Assembly (NCBI RefSeq): GCF_009914755.1
Contig: NC_060930.1
DNA: 64,000 nt
Source: the human T2T-CHM13v2.0 reference genome, Homo sapiens
Reading direction: 5' to 3' (one strand)
The notes beneath the pieces are model-generated. The model did no database searches and was not told the origin of the DNA. It saw only the letters and a list, made by a program, of their open reading frames with translations. How positions within the stretch are numbered: position 1 is the stretch's first letter; each line of letters opens with the position of its first letter. The translations under genes were made by a program, and so were the position numbers. Shown piece after piece: positions 54,785 through 64,000 of this stretch.

Positions 54785-54849
54785 CTGGAATGCTTGCTGA
54801 TTCCTCTGCACACTTCTAAGGCTGAGAACCTGAGGAACCCAGCTGGAAA
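54785..54849 (+). other. KLHL32: Exon 2, 5' UTR part (65 nt)
   Basis: Polypyrimidine tract CTTTTCTCTTGTCTTTTTATTCAG|C; branch-like CTCAAT at 54750-54755. Confidence 0.88.
54790..54819 (+). promoter_or_regulatory. uORF in exon 2 (MLADSSAHF*)
   Basis: GGA ATG CTT GCT GAT TCC TCT GCA CAC TTC TAA; ends 30 nt before the main ATG. Translation is not demonstrated. Confidence 0.65.
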
Positions 54850-54872
54850 ATGCCGTCTGAACGCTGCCTCAG
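54850..54872 (+). CDS. KLHL32: KLHL32 exon 2 coding part (MPSERCL + AG of Ser8)
   Basis: AAA ATG CCG TCT GAA CGC TGC CTC AG|GTATGC; the phase-2 junction joins exon 3 (T ATT CAA GAA ATG) in frame. Confidence 0.9.
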
Positions 54873-55193
54873 GTATGCCCTGTAGGATATGTCCTCACAT
54901 GCCGTAGTGAGCCCTGAAATAAGTGCATTGCACGTTCTAGGATCAAGCACAAAGCAGGGGCTTAATGCATATTTGAAGGAATCATCAAACTAGTCAGAGC
55001 TTTTGTGAATTTACTGTGGTGGCACAAGGACTAACTGCTGTGACCTACTTATTTGTCAAACCTAAATATGTTTCCTGATTCTTTGAATGATACTATTTTT
55101 TAATCTTTTTTTCTTATTTAGGATGCTAACTTCCCTCAAACATGAGGTATGCTAGTATAAAGGTATATCACATAAAAAAGGAATCAAAAAACT

Positions 55194-55309
55194 ATACATA
55201 TATATGTGTGTGTGTATATATATATATAGATGTGTATATATAGAGAGATGTGTATATATATATAGAGAGAGAGATAGGGATAGAGAATGAGAGAGAGAGA
55301 GAGAGAGAG
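55194..55309 (+). repeat. Compound TA/TG/GA microsatellite
   Basis: Read directly. Confidence 0.9.
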
Positions 55310-55984
55310 GGAGAGCCCTCTCTAAGGCAATCACTTTGGGGAGTACAATGCTTATTCTCAAAATGCTCACAACATTTCCTTTTAATAATTCATTTATTTA
55401 ATAGATATTAATTAAGCCAAACACTCTGCTTGGTGCTGAGGACCCAGCTATGAATAAAACAGATAAGGTTCCTTCCCTCTTAAAATGTATATTCTATGGC
55501 GAAAACAGACATTAAACAAATAAGCACACCAGTAACGACACAAAAATAATTGTGAAAGTGCTCTGAAGGAAAAGTACAGGATAGATAGAGCAAGAAAATG
55601 CCTTCCTGAGAAAGGCTGTATACCTGAGATTTGAAGGGGGGCATGCCCTGAGGCAGGAAGGAGCTTGGCACATTCCAGAAACTGAGGGGCAGCCAATGAG
55701 AAAATGCATGGCATTCATTTGAATAGTCTCACTGGAGGTAAATCTGCATCATCCTCTGAGGGAACAGTCAAAATATCTTCAGAGCAAAGAATAAGAGAGA
55801 TGACAAACCTGGGGAATACATTTTTCTTAAGAATTGGGTGTCTGTTAAGTAATGAGACCAGCTTCTTTCCATGACTCTGAAGCTATTAGAGGTGATTTGT
55901 TCCAGAAATGTGTTGAGAACTGGTGACATTGCTGTAGCAGGTGTAACGCCTCTGCACTCCCTATGTGAGTCTGTTGCTCTCAAT

Positions 55985-56235
55985 CAGTGATTCTCAATGG
56001 TGGATGGTTTTGCCACCAGTGTACGTTGTGCAATATCTGACAATGTTTTTGGATGTCACGGGGATTGTGGATACATTTGGCATCTACTGGGTAGAGGCCA
56101 GGAATCATTTTAAACATCTTGCAATGCATAGGGCAGCCCCCTACAGCAAAAAACAAAAAACAAAAAACAAAAACAAAAACAAAAAAAAAAACATCTAGCC
56201 CAAAATGTCAATAATACTGAGGCTGAGAAACCCTG
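55985..56235 (+). mobile_element. MER20 with internal (CAAAAA)n expansion
   Basis: CAGTGATTCTCAA..TTTTGCC..GGGTAGAGGCCAGG..CCCAAAATGTCAATAA..TGAGAAACCCTG. Confidence 0.88.
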
Positions 56236-56559
56236 CTCTAGACCTGGCATCCAACCAATACAGCACATGGAGACCATGGTGTCTGTCTGTCACCACCTCA
56301 GCCAAGTTATTTATTTCTGGCTACCAGGATCAGTGTGCATACTTAAAATAATTTTTTACTTTTAAGTCTGCCATCCCGTTCTTATTAATCAACTGTCTTC
56401 CACAGTGCAGTAATCTCTATGATGTTCTCTCCTTCTCTGCTTCAACCCAGAGCCCTCCCTTCCCCACCTCTCAGACTCTCCCACTGTGCCATGTGGAAGT
56501 GTCACAACACAACCACATGCTCTGCTGTATCATCTCCTTGTCCTGAAAAGCTCTGTTTG

Positions 56560-58460
56560 CCTCCGACTTCATTGAGACCCATCCTCCTCTGAGGACCATT
56601 TCCCTTGTAGCCCTCTCAAAGTAGTGGCATTATTATTTCCTCACATCCCATGTATTTCAAGGATGGGTAGAGAGAGTGTCATCCTCCTAGGGCATGGTTT
56701 TGCTTCTAGACCATTACTCCACAAATTGATTGTTTGAGAAAGCCACAGCCACAAAAACAACAAAGACATGCTCTTCTGAAGATGATGCCCTTTATCTCTC
56801 TCCTCTTCCTAACTGTAGTCGGGGTCATTGTCCTTTATTCACTGAGCATTTCGGCACTTGGCTTGCAGTCTTCCTCCTCATCACAAACCCCTTACTACAC
56901 CCCCAGGGCCCTCATGTCAGCCTGGAGGATATGTCTGCTTCATGGTCCTTGGACCCTCAATCTGCTTATCTCCAAAGACCATCTCCCTGCACTCAGCCAC
57001 TCAGTTTCATGGCCACACCTCAGACCTTGTTATCCTTAGTAATTGCTCTGTTTCTGAAATCACGCTATCAGCCATTTTACTCTTACCACAGCCTCCTCTC
57101 CTTTTTCAAAATATGGTTGTACTTTGACCTCATTGTAATGTCTCATTTTCTGGCCCTGCTACTTTCTACCAACCCATCCAGTCTTTCCTTTCCTCATTTT
57201 CCTTCTTAAGCAGTTTAGATTCTATCACTGTTGCTAAACCCTTAAGTTCTCTCATTTCCTGTATTTTTGATGCATTTGCTTGAGAAAACCCCAATCCAGA
57301 TGAACCGATCTATTCATATTTCCATGCCTACGTTGTCTAGTGGAGACTAGTTCCACAAAAATCTTCAGATTCAACAAGCCAAAAAGTGCCCAGAGTTTTA
57401 GTATGTGATTCTGGTCCACTGATTCCCTGCCACTCAAGAGGCAATCCTTTCCCACAACTAGGCCAAAACCTGCCTCTGTGCTTCAAACTTATCTTTCATA
57501 TCTTCTCAGCAACCTTTGAGTGTTGCTTGTTTCTCAGCCATGTTCTTGAGATACAGCTGTGTTGTCACCTTCTCTATGCAGATGAGTCTCAGATTTACAT
57601 TTCTAGCAAAGACTCCTTTCTGAGTTCCAGATCCAGGAATCAAACTACATATTTGACATTTGTGCTTGGATGTCTTAAAGACAACTCAAACTTAACATGT
57701 CCCAAACCAAATTCATCATCATTCTCTTCTACAATTCTGATTCTCTTTCATTTGTTTCCTGTTCTGGAAATATCAAGTTGTATAAGCCAGAAATATAGGT
57801 GTCTTCTGGAAATCTTCCTCCCACTCACCTCCATATGTAATCTAACACCAAGACCTGTAGATTTTCCCACTAAATAGCTTTTAATCCCATTCACCTTTCT
57901 GAAACTTCATCTGAGTGCTCCTTGGGCTCCAAGGCCCAACTCCATCATTCAGCTGAACCACAGCCACAGTCCAGGTCTGCTCTAGTCTGGCCCAGTCTCC
58001 CCTACTGCTCTTGGTACTACAGCTTGAATGACCTTTTCTGTGACTTCCCATTGCCCTTAGGATAACCTGGCCCAGAATTCCTGCACAAGTGGGCTCAGGC
58101 CTCTGCTGCTCGGGCCTTACCTGCACCGTGTTCTCCTTTGTCCCTAGCTGTTAACTTTCTGTAGACACTCTATAAGGGCCATGCTCCCTCCTGCCACAGG
58201 ATCGTAGCATTTGCTGTTCTCCTGCCTGGAAAACCTTCTCTTTCACTTTTAAAAGATTAACTTGTTCTCATCCTTCAGCCAGCAGCTCAAGTATTATTTC
58301 TTTAGGGAGGCCAGATTATTTGATTAATGTGTAACTGCCCTACTACACTGAATGTTCCATGAGGGCTGCTACCACATATGGTTTGCTCACCATTTTATCC
58401 CCAGTACCCAGCACAACACCTGGCACAGGCTTAATAAATATTTGTGGGGTAAATGAATGA
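56560..58460 (+). mobile_element. Long L2 fragment (ORF2 remnants through the 3' end)
   Basis: CTCTATGCAGATGAGTCTCAGATTTAC (RT YADD-region relic); CTCAAACTTAACATGTCCC; CCTGGCACAGGCTTAATAAATATTTGT..AATGAATGA terminus. Confidence 0.75.
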
Positions 58461-59560
58461 GGGAAGGAAGGAAACAAAACTATTCATTCATAATTAAGTT
58501 CCTTTCTACAGAGTTTTCATTATTTAATAATTGTCTAAGCATACTGTATCTTCTTTGCTTATTACTATGACCATTGCTATTAGTTGATCAAGTTCATTTT
58601 AAAGTGTTTATAAATTATAAAGTGTTCTATAGAAATGAAATTATTTTATTATAGGGTCTTTTAATATCCTGCTACCTTAAATATAATTTTTAAAATATTA
58701 ATGTCTTTAATTTTCATGAAAAGATTTTGACTACATAATTTAAGTGATTTAAGATGCTCACTTGATAGTTCACCAATAGACTGAATTGAGATAATTATGC
58801 ATAATTATTACTGTTAGATTTTTTTTTGTCCAGCCTTTTTCTTTCTTGTGTAAAGTAGCCTAGTTAAGAAATGAGAATCTTTATCCCACTTAGTTGTTTT
58901 TAATATGTAAGTATGTAACACCTTATTGGTAGTCTTACTTAAAAACTACTGCATATTTTTTATATATCCAGGTTGTAGGTAAACACTGACATAGAAATTG
59001 ACTTGAATTTTAAAATTTGAAATGCAGATGTTTAAAACCATATAGCTGTTTTCGGAATTTACAACTTTAAAACTGACAGAACTTAGTCAAAATTCTTTCC
59101 ATGAACATCAAACCCTATAGGATTTCTGTGACCAAAAATGTGAACTCTGTGACCTCAGAGCAGCAATTTGCACTAAAGCAGTGATTCAGTCTGAGTAGGG
59201 AATATGATATAATGAACATCGTTCTCTGCATTTGATTTATTAGTTTTTGTGATCAATTCCAGAATGAAAGTTAAAGGCTTAAAGTTATGAATAATCCTCT
59301 TTCCTGAGACCTCGTTTATTTATTTCCCCATTACTAGATACTGACATATGGCTGATCAAATGGTTGCTCCCTGGCATTACTAAAAGGTCATCTTACTGTT
59401 CAGGGAGTCTGGGGCTTTCCATTGTTGCATGAGGGCCTATGTGGGGTCCTGTGAAATACAGGGACAGCAGTTCGCACAGGCAGCCTGACGGGGGTTGCCT
59501 AAAGCCGTTACAGTGTTCAGGTGGAAAAAAACAGAGGGACATATATCCCTGGGAACTCAT

Positions 59561-60175
<615 letters not shown>

Positions 60176-61494
60176 CCCTACAATAGAGTATTACTATTGT
60201 ATTGATACAACACAATACAATAGAGTGTTACTATGGTATTAATATAGCATATACTCTTTTGTATTGATGCAGTTCTAGGGCATCCCTCAGAGAAAGAGGT
60301 TGCATTGGGGAAGCCAGGACACTGTCTGCACTCACTGATGAATTTTGAGGTGGCAACATGGCTTCTGTGGGAGACCTTTTCCAGTTTTAGGATGACACTC
60401 AAATCTGTGTTTCCTTGAGAAATATGGTTCTTGCTTTCAGTCTTTTTTCCAGAAATTTAGAAGTTTTAGGATATACTTTTCCTTCCTTTATTTCTCAAAA
60501 AATTGAGGGACATTGCTCTAAGTTGAGAGGCTTAGTTTGCTAATTTGATATATGTTCTAGATGCTGAGGGAGCTGTTTGCAAGCATGTGTCTGCTCCCCA
60601 TTTTAATTTAGACATAGTGCATTACAGTCTTCGATTTATCTCCTCCCTGGTTTATGACTATTGACTTGGTGAAGTGGGCGTGCTCCCTTCCAGCTATGTT
60701 CTGTGGCCACGTGTGCCTTAACATTTAGAGGGTTGAGATGTTTTACAAATTTACATCCAAGAGTTGAGTGGGAAGTTACTTTCAGAATACAATAATGATT
60801 TGTTGATTAAGAGGCCTTTATTTCTTGCCAAATGTTGGAGTATTTGTTTCTGCTTTTAAGGATCCCTAACATATTGGTTCCAAAATATTTGGGATCTTGT
60901 GCCAACTGTTGTCTTAAATATTTAGCTTGTTGTTTTCTTGAAGCTTGAATTTTCAAGCCCAGCTGAATGATCCTGTGAAATTGTGCAGCATCACTATTGT
61001 TTAAAAGCTGAGGCTTTTATTCTTTGCCAAATTTCAGTTTACAGCTGCTCTGTTTCTGGTAAGATTTATTCACTCTCAAGAGACATATAAAATGCAAATA
61101 CCGATTCAGTCTTAATAATAAGGACAGGAATTGTGGCACTATATTTGGAAAACTTTTTAAGGCAATTATCTTAATATATTCTTCGGTTCCACTACAAATG
61201 AAATTTTGAAATACATTTATTTAACATTTAAGGTGATATAAAAGTGGAGAAAGTAAGTTGTGAAAGTTTCAAATATATTTTCTAAGGTTATAATGATTAG
61301 AATCTATTTTCCATCCCAAAACTTTCAGTCACAGTATGAAGATAAATGTTTTTGAAGAAAAATTTCAAACATTTCTTACTGCTGTGTCATGTTGTTCTGT
61401 TCATGTATATTATTCTAAAAGGCTGATTTTGAGATTCATTATACATAATATAAAGTTAATAGGGACTTACATGGTTTTTTCCCCTTAAGCATAG

Positions 61495-61809
<315 letters not shown>

Positions 61810-61894
61810 TTCTTCTCTTTTTTTTTCCTTTAAGCAGGAGGAGGAATTACATTGTTATATTCTTGGTGATAGGTTCTCAAAATACCGGATCTTG

Positions 61895-62035
61895 GACCTT
61901 CAGTTTTTCTATCTGTAAAATAGAGATAATAATAGTACCTGCCTCATGGTGTTGTTGTGCAGATTACATGAACTAGTCATTGTAAATCACTGAGAATAGT
62001 TCATGGGACACGGTAAGCACTATGTGTTTCTCAAA
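61895..62035 (+). mobile_element. MIR SINE
   Basis: CAGTTTTTCTATCTGTAAAATAGAGATAATAATAGTACCTGCCTCAT. Confidence 0.8.
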
Positions 62036-63785
62036 TATATTAAAAAGTCATCCTTTTAGGAAAGATTTTTCAAAGACTATCCTAAAGCTTTACTTGGCTG
62101 ATACAATGTTTCTATTACTATTCCATTTCTTGATTTGAGATGCTAATTAATTGAGTGATGCTAATTAATCTCCATTCTAGACTTTGCATAGAAACTTGCA
62201 AAAAATTATTTATGCTTCTGAATGTGGTTTTTAATTACTGATTTTAAAGTCTGCCTATAGCTTGAGCTACTAGATGAATATTCAGTGACAGTAACCATTT
62301 CAAAACTCACTGCTACATTTCAACTGAAAATAATCCTCCCACCTTCCCACAGGAACTTCCTATATCATCACCGTCTGTCAAGTTTTTTCTTTCCATATTT
62401 CTGACATTCTGATGCTTCCCAGTCAAAACTGTCCAATAAAGCTTAATGACTGCCTTCTGGCATTTCACAGGAAGTATTTGGTTAATTTTAAGATGGTGAT
62501 TTGTACCTAACTGTAATTTACCAGCCAACTGGCACCACAGGCTGAGCAGAGCCCTGCCAAATAAACCCACCATGCAAACTAGGCTGGTGGCAACTCTGGC
62601 TCCCCTGAGAAACTCTTTCACATTCAGAGGGAGGGGTTGGATACAGGAATTACCAACATGGGAGAGACACAGCTTAATCATCCCAACGGTATTTTTACTC
62701 AGCTTTGAGATGGATCTGCTGGCCAGAATCAGGGCTTGATGGCTCTTGCTTTCACTCTGGGAGTAACCTATTCCTGGCAGATCACCTGTCTTAGTCCAAT
62801 ACCAGTTCTGAGATTTTAGAGCACTGTATAGATTCCCGTTGATATAAGCTGGAAATGTCCATAGCTGTCTGTAAAGTGAAAGTTTGCATTTTGTGTTTAT
62901 GGCATTACTTCTGTATTATTGTAGAATGATCTAGAGCTTCACCTAGGACTTTTGAAAGGACATAAGGATAAATGTTTTAGGTTGGGGTAGAGAGTGAAGG
63001 GGTAAGTTTCACAATGTGTGAGGTTAGCAATCTCACAAAGTAGAACAAAAAGAAAATTATATAGTCATTCATAAATCCAGTATAATGATCACACATAGAA
63101 ACTAAATGCTGATAATAGATAAATTTTACTTTCAGCTTTAAATTTGTTTTCATTTACAATGCATTCCTTTTGATGTTCTTATGGTGCACAATTTCCGAAG
63201 TTTAATAATAAGCTTCTCTGGTTTAATTGCCTTTTACATGGAATGGTCATTTGCAGCCCTTTTTGTCCTAACATTTGCTCAGTTTTCTTGTATGTGTTAA
63301 CAGAGTCTTGTGTCCTGTGGGAGACATGGTAAGGTACAAAGGTGGGGAAGGAATCAGGGAATTAGAGAGAGGGGACAGAGTGGGAAGGGTCACACACACA
63401 TATACACATGCCCAGATGCACATCCAGAGGAAGTTTTGCACTCAGAGATGTTCACACACTGAAGGGACGGGACCCAGAAACAGAGGCTTGCAGGTCCAGA
63501 CACCTGGGTCAGTATGCAGCCACAGATGAACACACACAAACACAAATGCAGAAAGAGATGCACCAGTAAAAGAGAGAAAGACCCTGCAGGGAGGGAAGCA
63601 GAGAGAATAAGAAAAAGGGAGAACAAGAGAATGGTGGAGAGAAAGAAAATGAGGGAACAGATGGTCACACTCATAGAGTGCACTGGAACCCGTGTTGCCT
63701 CAGTCGATGTTCAAGGAATGAGAGAGCAGCTGGCCCACAGGGCTGGGAAAAGGAAAAATGTTGACTTGATTGCTCTCCTTTGTAG

Positions 63786-63966
63786 TATTCAAGAAATGCT
63801 GACAGGCCAGAGGCTCTGCCACTCCGAATCTCACAATGACAGTGTCCTGGCAGCGCTGAATCAGCAGAGGAGTGATGGCATCCTCTGCGACATCACCCTG
63901 ATTGCTGAGGAACAGAAATTCCATGCTCACAAGGCAGTCCTAGCAGCATGCAGTGACTATTTCCGG
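63786..63966 (+). CDS. KLHL32: KLHL32 exon 3, BTB/POZ domain N-terminus (IQEMLTGQRLCHSESHNDSVLAALNQQRSDGILCDITLIAEEQKFHAHKAVLAACSDYFR)
   Basis: Acceptor CTCTCCTTTGTAG|T and donor CGG|GTAAGT; open frame with the BTB signature LCD-x-x-L...F-x-AHK-x-VLAA-x-S-x-YF. Confidence 0.96.
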
Positions 63967-64000
63967 GTAAGTCAGCATTGTTTGTTTCTCGTAAAATATT

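Noticed and set aside
56730-57877. ORFs of 159 and 163 aa
   Set aside because: They lie within a decayed L2; chance open frames or ORF2 relics rather than a gene.
63700-63930. 76-aa minus-strand ORF
   Set aside because: Antisense shadow of KLHL32 exon 3; the + strand frame carries the BTB motif and splice sites.

Overview
Primate (most likely human) genomic DNA containing the promoter and 5' part of KLHL32, a BTB-BACK-Kelch gene, on the + strand. A CpG-island promoter (~12.05-12.98 kb) holds a non-coding exon 1 ending at a GTAAGC donor (12812). A 41,972-nt intron 1 leads to an 88-nt exon 2 (54785-54872) carrying the start codon at 54850. An 8,913-nt intron 2 leads to a 181-nt exon 3 (63786-63966). 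Spliced, these give MPSERCLSIQEMLTGQRLCHSESHNDSVLAALNQQRSDGILCDITLIAEEQKFHAHKAVLAACSDYFR, the start of a BTB domain. The rest is largely interspersed repeats: a full-length 7SL retrocopy, six Alus, many ERV1/MaLR solo LTRs (several nested, with readable TSDs), MER DNA transposons, L1/L2/MIR relics and microsatellites. None of the supplied ORFs looks like a real gene. I found no CRISPR array, prokaryotic system or unknown protein-coding gene. The best leads are regulatory hypotheses: (i) a uORF / exon-2 / Met12 switch bracketed by inverted Alus, (ii) a sense LTR with a perfect NF-kB site followed by a consensus splice donor, and (iii) a splice acceptor next to a (UG)19 tract that has a complementary (AC)17 downstream. 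Repeat subfamily names come from recalled consensus sequences, and boundaries without TSDs are approximate.
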